Assembly: GCA_004298335.1 (NCBI GenBank)
Contig: SCTG01000102.1
Span: forward strand, 21,413 to 85,412
Reading direction: 5' to 3'
Source of the DNA: Nitrospirota bacterium
GTDB taxonomy: Bacteria > Nitrospirota > Nitrospiria > Nitrospirales > NS-4
DNA: 64,000 nucleotides
The notes beneath the pieces were generated by a model. The model worked only from the letters and a program-made list of their open reading frames with translations, ran no database searches and was not told the origin of the DNA. A program made the position numbers and the translations under genes. Shown here piece after piece: positions 54,451 to 64,000 of the stretch (the first letter of the stretch is position 1; every line of letters begins with the position of its first letter).

Positions 54451-56262
54451 ATGAATTCCCGCGTGAAAAATCTGATCTTCTGGGTCGTGGTCGGCCTGTT
54501 CATGATCATGCTCTTCAACCTGTTCACGTTCCAGGGCCAGTCACCGGATGAAGATGTCAAGTTCAGCGAATTCGTGGCCAAGGTCGAGCAGGGCGACGTC
54601 CGGGAAGTCACCATCCGCGGCAGCCATCTCAACGGTCTGTTCAAGGACGGGCGCCCGTTCAAGACCTACACGGTCGAGTATCCCGAGATGGTGAAGCTGC
54701 TCCGTGACAACCATGTCACGATCAACGCGAAACCCCCTGAAGATAGTCCATGGTACGTCACACTTCTCGTGACGTGGGGGCCGTTTGTCCTGTTCCTGGC
54801 CCTCTGGTTCTTCTTGATGCGCCAGATGCAGATCGGCGGCAACAAGGCGCTGTCATTCGGCCGCAGCCGCGCGCGTCTGCTGACGGAAGACCGCAAGAAG
54901 ATTACCTTTTCAGACGTCGCCGGAATCGATGAGGCCAAGGAAGAAGTCGTCGAGATCATCGAATTCCTGAAGGACCCGCACAAATTCCAGAAGCTGGGGG
55001 GACGCATTCCGAAGGGCGTGTTGATCGTCGGTCCCCCGGGGACCGGCAAGACGCTGCTTGCCAAAGCGATTGCGGGCGAAGCAGGAGTCCCCTTCTTCAG
55101 CATCAGCGGCTCGGATTTTGTGGAGATGTTCGTCGGCGTGGGCGCTTCCCGCGTGCGCGACCTGTTCGAGCAGGGCAAGAAGCACGCGCCGTGCATCATC
55201 TTTATTGATGAGATCGACGCGGTCGGCCGGCTCCGCGGAGCCGGACTGGGGGGCGGCCATGATGAGCGGGAACAGACGCTCAACCAGTTGCTTGTCGAGA
55301 TGGATGGTTTCGATACGACGGAAGGGGTCATCCTGATCGCGGCCACCAACCGGCCGGACGTGCTGGACCCGGCGTTGTTGAGGCCCGGCCGCTTCGACCG
55401 GCAGATCACCGTCAACCGGCCGGACGTACGGGGGCGCGCCGAGATTTTGAAGGTCCACACGAAGAAAGTTCCGCTTGGCAAAGACGTCGACCTCGCCATT
55501 ATTTCCCGCGGGACGCCCGGTTTCTCGGGCGCCGATCTCGAGAACCTGGTCAATGAAGCCGCGCTCCTGGCGGCGAGGCTCAACAAGACCGTCGTCGAGC
55601 TGAAGGATTTTGAGTTTGCCAAGGACAAGGTGCTGATGGGGGTGGAGCGCAAGAGCATGGTCCTGACCGACCAGGAGAAGCGCACCACGGCCTACCACGA
55701 GGCGGGCCATGCGCTGATGGCCAAGCTCCTCCCGGGGACCGATCCGGTCCACAAGGTCACCATCATTCCGAGAGGGCGGGCGCTGGGCCTGACGATGCAA
55801 TTGCCGGTGGACGACCGGCACAGCTACTCGAAGGAGTTTCTGTACAACACCCTGGCCATTCTCATGGGGGGGCGGGTCGCCGAAGAACTCGTGTTCAAGC
55901 AGATCACGACCGGCGCCGGCAACGATATCGAGCGGGCGACCGACCTCGCCAGGAAGATGGTCTGCGAATGGGGCATGAGTGAAGATCTGGGGCCCCTCAC
56001 GTTCGGCAAGAAGGACGAGGAGATTTTTTTGGGACGGGAAATCGCCACGAGACGGGATTACAGCGAGGAAATCGCGCTCAAAATCGATTCCGAAGTCAAA
56101 CGGCTCGTCACCGAAAATTACGAACGCACCAAGCGCATGCTGCGCGAGAACATGGCCGTCTTGAAGGCGCTTGCTGAAGCGCTCCTGGAGAAAGAGGTCC
56201 TGGAAGGGTCCGAGATCGACCAGATCATCCAGGGAGCGCAACCCCAAGGGGCTTCCGCCTGA
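54451..56262 (+). CDS. ftsH: ATP-dependent zinc metalloprotease FtsH
   Basis: Walker A GPPGTGKT, second region of homology, and the HEAGHAL zinc motif. Confidence 0.95.
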   Translation: MNSRVKNLIFWVVVGLFMIMLFNLFTFQGQSPDEDVKFSEFVAKVEQGDVREVTIRGSHLNGLFKDGRPFKTYTVEYPEMVKLLRDNHVTINAKPPEDSPWYVTLLVTWGPFVLFLALWFFLMRQMQIGGNKALSFGRSRARLLTEDRKKITFSDVAGIDEAKEEVVEIIEFLKDPHKFQKLGGRIPKGVLIVGPPGTGKTLLAKAIAGEAGVPFFSISGSDFVEMFVGVGASRVRDLFEQGKKHAPCIIFIDEIDAVGRLRGAGLGGGHDEREQTLNQLLVEMDGFDTTEGVILIAATNRPDVLDPALLRPGRFDRQITVNRPDVRGRAEILKVHTKKVPLGKDVDLAIISRGTPGFSGADLENLVNEAALLAARLNKTVVELKDFEFAKDKVLMGVERKSMVLTDQEKRTTAYHEAGHALMAKLLPGTDPVHKVTIIPRGRALGLTMQLPVDDRHSYSKEFLYNTLAILMGGRVAEELVFKQITTGAGNDIERATDLARKMVCEWGMSEDLGPLTFGKKDEEIFLGREIATRRDYSEEIALKIDSEVKRLVTENYERTKRMLRENMAVLKALAEALLEKEVLEGSEIDQIIQGAQPQGASA

Positions 56263-56344
56263 GCCATACCCGGAGTGCCCGGCCCCTGGTTCTCCTGAAT
56301 CTTGCCCCTTGTTACCTTTGCCTGTTTCGGGTGTCCCATAAGCC

Positions 56345-57253
56345 GTGGGGACATGTTCCATGAACCTCCCAGGGAAGCGCATGACGTGGACGGCGCGGGA
56401 GTACATCCTGCCGGTCCAGGAGCGCGTCCTCATCATGGGCGTGCTGAACGTCACCCCGGACTCGTTCTCGGATGGCGGGCGCTATCAGGGGGTTGATGCG
56501 GCGGTCGCCCGTGCCGAGGCAATCGAAGCCGAGGGGGCCGATCTGTTGGACCTCGGCGGCGAATCGTCGCGTCCGGGGGCGCGGCCGGTTTCCTTGGCCG
56601 AGGAGCTCGCCCGCGTCCTGCCGGTGGTGACGGCGCTGGCGGGCCGGATCCGGATTCCCATCTCAGTGGATACGACCAAGGCGGAAGTGGCCAGGCAGGC
56701 CCTCGACGCGGGCGCGGCCGTGATTAACGACATCAGCGCTCTCCGCGATGATCCCGGGATGGCGGACGTGGTCGCGCGCGGCCGGGCGGGGCTGATTCTG
56801 ATGCACATGCAAGGGTCTCCGGCGACGATGCAGGAGCATCCGGCTTATGAAGCCGTCGCCGAAGAGGTCGGCGATTTTTTGCAGGCGCGAGTAGAAGCCG
56901 CGATTGCAGCCGGGATCGATCGTGAACGGATCGCGGTGGACCCGGGGATCGGGTTCGGGAAAACCGGCGAGCAGAGCCTGGCGCTGCTGGGCGGCCTTTC
57001 GGTCTTCCACGCGCTGGGGCGTCCGATCGTGATCGGGCCGTCCCGGAAATCCTTTGTGGGCGCCGTGCTGGAGCGCCCGGTCCACGAGAGGGAATGGGGA
57101 ACCGCTGCCGCGGTGGCGGCCGGGGTGCTTGAGGGCGCGCATGTGGTGAGGGTCCATTCCGTCGCGCAGATGAAGGATGTGGCACGCATGGCGCAGGCCA
57201 TCCGGGAGGCCCAGGCGGTGTCCCATGGGCGGACGTCAATCAGCGCGCCATGA
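56345..57253 (+). CDS. folP: dihydropteroate synthase
   Basis: IMGVLNVTPDSFSDGG motif. The true start may be the internal ATG 56360 or 56381. Confidence 0.9.
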   Translation: MGTCSMNLPGKRMTWTAREYILPVQERVLIMGVLNVTPDSFSDGGRYQGVDAAVARAEAIEAEGADLLDLGGESSRPGARPVSLAEELARVLPVVTALAGRIRIPISVDTTKAEVARQALDAGAAVINDISALRDDPGMADVVARGRAGLILMHMQGSPATMQEHPAYEAVAEEVGDFLQARVEAAIAAGIDRERIAVDPGIGFGKTGEQSLALLGGLSVFHALGRPIVIGPSRKSFVGAVLERPVHEREWGTAAAVAAGVLEGAHVVRVHSVAQMKDVARMAQAIREAQAVSHGRTSISAP

Positions 57254-57282
57254 GTGAAAAGAACGCGAGAGAGGAACGAAGC

Positions 57283-58638
57283 ATGCGCCGGTTATTCGGG
57301 ACTGACGGCATCAGAGGCGTGGCGAACGTCGAACCCATGACCAGCGAAACCGCGTTGAAGCTGGGGCGGGCGGCCGCCCATGTCTTCAAGACCCGCCCGG
57401 GCCGCCATCGCATCGTCATTGGAAAGGATACCCGGCTTTCAGGGTACCTCATCGAGTCGGCCCTGACGTCCGGCATCTGTTCCATGGGCGTGGACGTCCT
57501 GTTGGTCGGACCGATGCCGACGCCCGCCATCGCGTTTCTGGCCCGGAGCCTGCGAGCCGATGCAGGGGTCATGATCTCGGCGTCGCATAATCCGTACGAG
57601 GACAACGGCATTAAATTTTTCTCCCGTGAGGGGCTCAAGCTCCCGGACGATGTCGAAGAGCAGATCGAGCAGCTGGTTGTCTCGGGGAGCATCGATTCCC
57701 TGCGCCCGACGGCGTCCGCAATCGGGAAGGCCTTCCGCATCGATGATGCCGAAGGACGCTACATCGAGTTTGTGAAGCAGTCGCTGCCCAAAGGCTTTGA
57801 CCTGGAAGGACTCAAGGTGGTTGTGGACTGTGCGCACGGGGCGGCCTACAAGGTCGCGCCGCATGTCTATCGAGAACTCGGGGCGGACGTGACGGTTCTG
57901 TGCGACAAGCCGGATGGCACGAACATCAATCGGGACTGCGGCGCGATTCAGCCCCGCGTCCTTCAGGAGGCCGTCAAGAAGACGGGGGCCGCGCTCGGCA
58001 TCGCGCACGATGGGGATGCGGACCGGGCCATCTTTGTGTCCGAGGACGGCCGGATCGTAGACGGCGATCAAATTTTAGGGGCGCTGGCGGTGGACCTCAA
58101 AGACCGTGACTGTCTGGCGCGCAAGACGCTGGTCACTACGGTCATGAGCAACCTGGGGCTGGAACAGTCGATGGCGCGGGCCGGCATCAAGCTGGTGCGG
58201 ACGGCCGTGGGAGATCGCAATATTCTGGAACGCATGTTGTCCGAGGACTACAACTTCGGCGGAGAGCAATCAGGGCACATCATTTTTCTCGACCACAACA
58301 CCACGGGGGACGGGCTTGTCTCCGCGCTCCAGGTGATGGCTCTGGTGCGCCGCTCGGGAAAAACATTGTCCCAGCTGGCGGAGCGGACCACGCTCTACCC
58401 GCAGTTGCTGGTGAACGTCAGGGTCCGCGAGCGGAAGGACCTCGCCGGCATCGCTCCCTTCCAGAAGGCGTTGCGCTCGCATGAAGCTGCATTGAACGGG
58501 ACCGGCCGGATACTGGTCAGGTATTCGGGGACTGAACCGCTGGTTCGGATCATGGTGGAGGCGCAGAACTCGGGGACGGTGCAGGAGATCGCCCATCATC
58601 TGGCCGAGGTGCTTCGCACGGAGGTCGGCGAAGCCTGA
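57283..58638 (+). CDS. glmM: phosphoglucosamine mutase
   Basis: RRLFGTDGIRG N-terminus and the SASHNP phosphoserine loop. Internal ATG 57283 preceded by GAGAGGAA. The track ORF starts at 57250. Confidence 0.9.
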   Translation: MRRLFGTDGIRGVANVEPMTSETALKLGRAAAHVFKTRPGRHRIVIGKDTRLSGYLIESALTSGICSMGVDVLLVGPMPTPAIAFLARSLRADAGVMISASHNPYEDNGIKFFSREGLKLPDDVEEQIEQLVVSGSIDSLRPTASAIGKAFRIDDAEGRYIEFVKQSLPKGFDLEGLKVVVDCAHGAAYKVAPHVYRELGADVTVLCDKPDGTNINRDCGAIQPRVLQEAVKKTGAALGIAHDGDADRAIFVSEDGRIVDGDQILGALAVDLKDRDCLARKTLVTTVMSNLGLEQSMARAGIKLVRTAVGDRNILERMLSEDYNFGGEQSGHIIFLDHNTTGDGLVSALQVMALVRRSGKTLSQLAERTTLYPQLLVNVRVRERKDLAGIAPFQKALRSHEAALNGTGRILVRYSGTEPLVRIMVEAQNSGTVQEIAHHLAEVLRTEVGEA

Positions 58639-58640
58639 TT

Positions 58641-61241
58641 TTGCCTGAGCCACGTCACCCCGCTGCGCCGGCAGTGCGGCCGTTGGCGGTGTGGGCTGTG
58701 AGCCTGCTCCTTGGCTCATTCGCCGGTTCCGCGTTTGTATTTTTCCCCTTTTCGATTCTCTGTCTCCTGCTCCTCGTCCTCGGCGGGGTCTTCCTGTTTT
58801 CTTTTCTGGGCCGCTGTTCCCCCGCTTTCGCATGCGCGGTGTTCGGGGCCTTTCTGCTGGGCACGGCCGGGGCCGCCCTGGCTGATGCGCAGTCGGAGTC
58901 CTCTTCCTTGCTGCGATCGGTCGGGCCGGGGAAAGCCGATCTGATCGGCGTGATTGCCGAACCGGTCCGATTCGGGCCGGACCGAGCCGTGGCCGTGGTG
59001 GCCGTCCAGCGTCTGGTGGAGGCTCAGGGCCGGACGCGTTCCCTTGAGGGCCGAATCAGGCTGTCGATTCGAGGGGAGGTGCCTCCCCTGGTTGCCGGAG
59101 AGCTGATCGAGTTTCGAACGAGGCTCAGACCGCCCGGAGGGTTTTTGAATCCGGGCGGCTATGATTATGCCGGCCATCTCAGGCGGTCGGGCATCCAGGC
59201 GGTCGGAAACGTGACGTTGCGCCAGGACGGGTCGACCTTTCGGGTGCTGGCGCCGGGGGCCTTCCCGCTGCTGTCCCGCGTGGATCAGTGGCGCGGCCAG
59301 ACCCGCGAAGCGGCTCTCCGGACTTTGCCGGCCCCGCTTGCCGGGCTGTATCTTGCTTTGGTCACGGGGGAAACCGGGCATCTGACTCAGGACGTCCGAG
59401 ATGCCTTTATGGCTTCCGGGACCACGCATATCCTCTCAATCTCAGGCTCGCATTTGGGATTAATAGGGCTCGTCGTCTTTTGGTGCGTGCGGCGGGCGGT
59501 CCTGGCCCTCCCACCGCGAATGCTGCTCCGGTTGAGTGCGCATACAACGGCGACGCGCGTCGCCGCCGCCGCGACGATCCTTCCCGTGATGCTGTACGCT
59601 CTGTTGGGCGGCGCGGAAGTGGCCACCGTGCGGTCGCTCGTGATGATCCTCATCGTGCTTGCCGCGACCCTTTTGGGCCGGACGCACAGCATCGGGACCG
59701 GTCTCGCCTTGGCCTTGTTGTTGATCGTGGGATGGGATCCGCTGGCGCCCTTCGACATCTCGTTCCAGTTGTCCTTTCTCTCGGTGCTGGTGATCGTGCT
59801 GGTTATGGGCGCGCGTGTTCATTCTGAAGGGGAGACTGTGGCAGGCGGCGTTTCCGAAGAACGCGGGGTCCGGGAGCGGGTGAAGGAAGGGATGGGGGAG
59901 ACACTGCTCGTGAGCATCCTGATCACCGTGGCCAGCGCTCCGCTTGTGGCGACGTATTTCAATCAGGTGGCGTGGGTCGGAGGAGTGTCGAACATCCTGG
60001 TTGTGCCGTTCGTCGGGTTCCTTGTCCTTCCCGCAAGTCTGTTGGCGTGTGTGGGGACGCTTCTCGGCGGGTCGGAGGAATTGTTGGGGAGCGCGATCGT
60101 CCAGCCGTTGCTGAGCACGCTTATCTGGATGGCGCAGGGTTTTGCCGCTGTGCCAGGAGCGGAACTCCGCGTGCCTTCGCCTGCCGTCTGGCAGATGCTG
60201 TTCTTTTACCTCTTCCTGGGCGCATGTTTTCTCTGGTGGCGGCGCACGGCGGGATGGGTTGCGGGGGCATTGGTATTGGGCCTGCTGGTCCTCTGGGCAT
60301 GGGCGCCACGAGACCTGCCGGAATCAGGGACGGTCCGGCTGACATTTTTGGATGTCGGCCAGGGTGATGCCGCGTTGGTTGAAACAGCCGACGGCCGCGC
60401 GATGCTTATCGACGGCGGATCGGCGTCCGATAGCTATGACATGGGGCGGATGGTTGTCGCGCCGTTGCTCTGGGACCGGGGCATTCGGCGGCTCGATCTG
60501 GTGGTGGCCAGCCATCCCCAGCAAGACCATGTTGGGGGGCTGGCCTTCGTCGTGGACAAATTCGAGGTGGGAGAGTTTTGGACGAACGGCGTGAGCCGTG
60601 ACGTGGCGTTCCTCCAGCGGCTCGAAAAGGTGATCGTCGCACGAGGGGTGCCGGTCAGGTCTGTGTCCAGTTCGGGCAATGACGTGTCGTTTGGAGACTG
60701 CCTGCTGCATGTTTTGAATCCGGCTTCTCCTCCCGGTGGAGTCGTTCAGGGGAACGATGGGAAAAGCCTGAATAATCAATCAGTCGTGCTTCATCTTCAG
60801 TGCGGCCGGTCGGCGTTTCTGTTTACCGGGGATGTCGAGCGGGAAGCGGAGAGAGGGCTTGCCGATCGTGGCGACGGTCTGGAGGCCGCGATCTTGAAGG
60901 TTCCCCACCATGGGGCGCGTGGTTCCGTGTACGGGCCATTCCTCAGGACCGTCAAACCCCACGTGGCGGTCGTATCGGTCGGCCGGGCGAACACCTATGG
61001 GCATCCGTCCTCTCTGATGCTGGAAACGTATGCCGGCCTCGGTATTCCAGTTCTGCGAACGGACGTGCATGGCGCCATCACTGTGCTGGGCACGGAAACC
61101 GGCCTTCAACTGGGCTGCGAGTCGGGTCGCCGTCTGAAAAGAATCGGGCTCGGAATGGGCAGAACGGGGACCGAAGGCAGGGAGATTCTGAACTGGCGGC
61201 GGCTCTTCGGCGAACCGGGAAGCTGTAATGCGACTGTGTAA
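58641..61241 (+). CDS. comEC: DNA internalisation-related competence protein ComEC/Rec2
   Basis: 866 aa with a polytopic competence domain (HILSISGSHLG). C-terminal metallo-beta-lactamase domain (LDVGQGDA...SHPQQDHVGG). Confidence 0.85.
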   Translation: MPEPRHPAAPAVRPLAVWAVSLLLGSFAGSAFVFFPFSILCLLLLVLGGVFLFSFLGRCSPAFACAVFGAFLLGTAGAALADAQSESSSLLRSVGPGKADLIGVIAEPVRFGPDRAVAVVAVQRLVEAQGRTRSLEGRIRLSIRGEVPPLVAGELIEFRTRLRPPGGFLNPGGYDYAGHLRRSGIQAVGNVTLRQDGSTFRVLAPGAFPLLSRVDQWRGQTREAALRTLPAPLAGLYLALVTGETGHLTQDVRDAFMASGTTHILSISGSHLGLIGLVVFWCVRRAVLALPPRMLLRLSAHTTATRVAAAATILPVMLYALLGGAEVATVRSLVMILIVLAATLLGRTHSIGTGLALALLLIVGWDPLAPFDISFQLSFLSVLVIVLVMGARVHSEGETVAGGVSEERGVRERVKEGMGETLLVSILITVASAPLVATYFNQVAWVGGVSNILVVPFVGFLVLPASLLACVGTLLGGSEELLGSAIVQPLLSTLIWMAQGFAAVPGAELRVPSPAVWQMLFFYLFLGACFLWWRRTAGWVAGALVLGLLVLWAWAPRDLPESGTVRLTFLDVGQGDAALVETADGRAMLIDGGSASDSYDMGRMVVAPLLWDRGIRRLDLVVASHPQQDHVGGLAFVVDKFEVGEFWTNGVSRDVAFLQRLEKVIVARGVPVRSVSSSGNDVSFGDCLLHVLNPASPPGGVVQGNDGKSLNNQSVVLHLQCGRSAFLFTGDVEREAERGLADRGDGLEAAILKVPHHGARGSVYGPFLRTVKPHVAVVSVGRANTYGHPSSLMLETYAGLGIPVLRTDVHGAITVLGTETGLQLGCESGRRLKRIGLGMGRTGTEGREILNWRRLFGEPGSCNATV

Positions 61242-61297
61242 GGTTTATGATGGTGCCGATGCAGGCCACCTAACCCATTATTATTGCTATATTTTTA

Positions 61298-61325
61298 TTG
61301 ACAGCCTGTCCTGTATCTGTATAAT
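61298..61325 (+). promoter_or_regulatory. consensus sigma70 promoter TTGACA-16 nt-TATAAT with an AT-rich UP-like element
   Basis: TTGACA 61298-61303 and TATAAT 61320-61325. The preceding sequence ATTATTATTGCTATATTTTTA is AT-rich and sits in the most AT-rich gap of the window. Confidence 0.6.
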
Positions 61326-61377
61326 GATACATTAACCATAAGGGGTACCGTGGAGATTGTTGGGTGTGGGGTAATAC

Positions 61378-62175
61378 TTGCACTACGAAGATTTCTGGGG
61401 TCTGAAGAAGGCCCCGTTCGATAACGTTCCTGATCCGCGCTTTTATTTTCCCTCTCCCAGGCATGAGGAGGGATTGCACAGGCTTCTGTACGGAGTAGAG
61501 GCGCGTAAAGGGGCGATCATGCTGACAGGGGAGATCGGATGCGGAAAGACCCTGTTGAGCCGTACCCTCATCCAGCACCTTGCCCACGATCGATTCGATT
61601 TGGCGCTCATTGCCAACCCCAGTTTTGAAGTGTCCGATTTTCTGAAGGAAATCCTCTACCAACTGGGGGTCAACCAGACAGGAACGAAATTGGACATGGT
61701 CCATGCGCTCAACGAGCGGCTGCTGGAAAATCTCAACAAGGGGAAGGATACCGTCCTGGTCGTCGATGAGGCGCAGGCGATCACGGACCTGGCCATTTTT
61801 GAGGAACTGCGGCTGCTGTTGAATTTTCAGCTCAACGACAGGTTTTTGCTGACCCTGATCCTGTTGGGTCAGCCGGAACTGAGAAGCCGGGTGGAGGCGC
61901 TCAAGCAGTTGGCGCAACGGATCGTGATTCGGTATCACTTGATGCCGTTCAATGCCGACGAAGTCGGTGACTATGTCGACTTTCGGATGCAGGCGGCCGG
62001 GGCCTCGCGGGCGGTGTTTACAGCGGAAGCTGTTGTCGCCATATATGAAGCGAGTAGCGGCATCCCGCGGAAAGTGAATACCATCGCGGACCTCGCGCTG
62101 CTGATCGGGTTCATGGAACGGTGCCGGCAGGTAGGACCTGAAGTCGTCAAGAAAGCGTTTGTGGAGGCCCAATAA
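61378..62175 (+). CDS. ExeA/GspA-like AAA ATPase
   Basis: YEDFWGLKKAPF N-terminus, Walker A GEIGCGKT and Walker B VLVVDEAQ. TTG is the first start after an in-frame TAA. Confidence 0.75.
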   Translation: MHYEDFWGLKKAPFDNVPDPRFYFPSPRHEEGLHRLLYGVEARKGAIMLTGEIGCGKTLLSRTLIQHLAHDRFDLALIANPSFEVSDFLKEILYQLGVNQTGTKLDMVHALNERLLENLNKGKDTVLVVDEAQAITDLAIFEELRLLLNFQLNDRFLLTLILLGQPELRSRVEALKQLAQRIVIRYHLMPFNADEVGDYVDFRMQAAGASRAVFTAEAVVAIYEASSGIPRKVNTIADLALLIGFMERCRQVGPEVVKKAFVEAQ

Positions 62176-62181
62176 TCCGCC

Positions 62182-63216
62182 ATGGCACGGCTCAATGAAC
62201 TCGTGAAGAATCAGGGGGGCTCCCCGGTCGAAAGTGCGGATCGTCTCCCTCCAAGCGAGGAGAAACCCGTTTCCTTCAAAAGCATCAAGGCGGATGTTCC
62301 GCGCATTTCCATGGAACAGGACGCGCAGCTCATTCTCGAGGCCGATCAATGGTATGCCAAGGCCGAGATGGAGCTGTCTCCCATCGTGGGGGCCGTTCGC
62401 CAGGCCAAGAAGTTTTCGCTCGATGGGATCACGCAGGTCGTGCAGGGTTTTGTCGATTCCCTCTCCCAGGGCGATCGGCTTCTTGTCAAGGCCATTTCCG
62501 TTGACCGGGGCGGGTTGGTGATCTCCAATCTGAGCAACACGGCCATCATGTCGATCAAGATCGGAATGGGTCTGAAATACGCCCCGGACGATCTGATGCG
62601 GCTGGGGCTCGCGGCCATCCTGCACGACATGGGGATGTGCCTGATCCCTGACGATGTTTTGAACAAGCAGGGCCCGCTGAATCCTGGGGAGCGCGATCTC
62701 ATTAAGCGTCATCCTGAACAGGGAGCCCAGGCGATTCGCCGCTTGGGAGAGAATGCGACATGGATTGCAGACATCGTGCTGCAGGAACACGAGCGAGCCG
62801 GGGGGCAGGGCTACCCCCATGGGCTCAAGGGCGCGGAGATCTCTGAGTATGCGCAGATCATCGGCGTGGCGGATACGTTCGAAGCGCTCTTGCACGCCCG
62901 CCCGCACCGCAAGCGGTTCCTGCCGCATGAAGCGGTGCGAGAACTGGTGGTCAAGGAGAAGGCGTCGTTCCCGACGCGCATTTTGAAGTGCCTGATCCAG
63001 CAGTTTTCGGTGTTTCCCCTGGGGACCAGGGTGCAACTCAATACGGGGGAGATCGGAGAGGTCGTGGAGTTGCATCCGCAGTATCCGCTCCGGCCCATCA
63101 TCAAAATTTACATGGACCCCGGCCGTGTCCCGTTGCGAGAGCCGCGCCTGCAGGATCTCAGCAAGACGTCGTTAGTCCATATCACCGAGGTCGTTCAGGA
63201 CGACCAGCAAGAATGA
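62182..63216 (+). CDS. HD-GYP-type domain protein (degenerate signature) with an uncharacterised N-terminal region
   Basis: HDMGM...HPEQG...EHERAGGQGYPHGL...ADTFEAL. The GYP part is present, but the HHE and DG positions are altered. Confidence 0.75.
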   Translation: MARLNELVKNQGGSPVESADRLPPSEEKPVSFKSIKADVPRISMEQDAQLILEADQWYAKAEMELSPIVGAVRQAKKFSLDGITQVVQGFVDSLSQGDRLLVKAISVDRGGLVISNLSNTAIMSIKIGMGLKYAPDDLMRLGLAAILHDMGMCLIPDDVLNKQGPLNPGERDLIKRHPEQGAQAIRRLGENATWIADIVLQEHERAGGQGYPHGLKGAEISEYAQIIGVADTFEALLHARPHRKRFLPHEAVRELVVKEKASFPTRILKCLIQQFSVFPLGTRVQLNTGEIGEVVELHPQYPLRPIIKIYMDPGRVPLREPRLQDLSKTSLVHITEVVQDDQQE

Positions 63217-64000
63217 CGGCTCACCGAAGTCTCGTCTTTTTGACCAGAGCGGTCGGATTGGTGTGTACGTTGGTCGCCTTGCTGGGCCCATCCTTCGGAT
63301 GCTCGCCGGTCCCTTTCTCGTCGGGCGCGCAGTCTCCTTATGCCCGTCCTGTCAAACCCGAGGATTTGTATATTGAAGAATCCGATGAGGGTGGGCCTCT
63401 CAAAATCGAGCCAGGCGACAGCATTGAAGTGGTGGTGAGGCGTGGGGCCGGAGAAGAACGATCGGCGGTCACGGTGCGGGACAATGGACGAGTGTACGTG
63501 GGGACTCTTGACATAGACGTGAAAAATCTGACCGTGCTGGAGGCGGAAGCCCGCATCACCGAGCAAGTCGCGACCATTATCCGCAATCCTCGCGTTGAGG
63601 TTTCGATCAAGCAGAAGAAACTCCAGTTACGCAAGCAGAGGGTCTACATCATCGGTGGAGGAAGCGGGGCCGGAGCCGGGGCAATTTTAGCCGGGGTCGC
63701 GAAATATGCGGATCTGGACCGTAAAACAACGGTCGGGCAGCTCATTGCCCAGGTCGGTTACAACGATGTTGCGGTGCTGGACGATGTCCGGGTCATCAGG
63801 GGAGATGCCAGAAAACCGGAAGTGATTCCCGTCGATATCCAACGCCTCTTTCAATACGGTGACCGCAGCCAGGATATCGTGCTGAAGGATAATGATATTG
63901 TATTTGTGCCGCGTCAACGTATCGGAGATTGGAATGCGTTTTTGTTAAAGATAAACCCGACTTTGAATCTCCTTCTCGGGTCGACGACGTTGAGTCCGGA
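63213..64000 (+). CDS. polysaccharide export (Wza/EpsA-like) outer-membrane lipoprotein, 3'-truncated by the window edge
   Basis: Not in the supplied track. My own translation from ATG 63213 (ATGA overlap with the upstream stop) stays open to 64000. Lipobox LLGPSFG-C, then IEPGDSIEVVV and LKDNDIVFVP, which are Poly_export/SLBB-like motifs. Confidence 0.65.
   Translation, partial: MTAHRSLVFLTRAVGLVCTLVALLGPSFGCSPVPFSSGAQSPYARPVKPEDLYIEESDEGGPLKIEPGDSIEVVVRRGAGEERSAVTVRDNGRVYVGTLDIDVKNLTVLEAEARITEQVATIIRNPRVEVSIKQKKLQLRKQRVYIIGGGSGAGAGAILAGVAKYADLDRKTTVGQLIAQVGYNDVAVLDDVRVIRGDARKPEVIPVDIQRLFQYGDRSQDIVLKDNDIVFVPRQRIGDWNAFLLKINPTLNLLLGSTTLSP

Overview
GC-rich bacterial chromosomal segment with dense coding: about 80 CDS and one tRNA-Leu. 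I saw no rRNA, CRISPR array, transposase, integrase or phage genes. Most of it is core housekeeping in recognisable syntenic blocks. These are zapA / rny-ymdB / xseA-xseB-tlyA; rpsB-tsf-pyrH-frr-alr; mlaEFD; and yggX, two DUF151 nucleases, rplM-rpsI, argC-argJ. One 17-kb co-directional run carries a Nudix gene, a heme block (ccsA/hemX-like, hemA, hemC, cobA/hemD, hemB), then ribF-tilS-hpt-ftsH-folP-glmM-comEC. The lineage cannot be named from sequence alone. The best candidate for an undescribed system is a tightly coupled operon at about 9.8-14.6 kb. It encodes an orphan Cys-free ~114-aa protein, a divergent C-terminally extended DUF692 (MNIO-type) enzyme, an RluF-type pseudouridine synthase, and a 729-aa B12-binding radical SAM enzyme whose cluster motif reads CX4CX2C. 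It continues into pgl and a split pair of PPK2 genes. Secondary items: two tandem DUF151 nuclease paralogs wired into the rplM-rpsI operon; an intrinsic terminator directly abutting the argC ribosome-binding site; an orphan consensus promoter opening a ~480-nt noncoding gap after zapA; a zinc-ribbon membrane micro-protein coupled to hemA; a three-gene overlapping cytochrome c operon; and a consensus-promoter-driven ExeA-like ATPase / degenerate HD-GYP / Wza-like lipoprotein locus that runs off the right edge. All functional calls come from reading the supplied translations against remembered family motifs. No database search was run.
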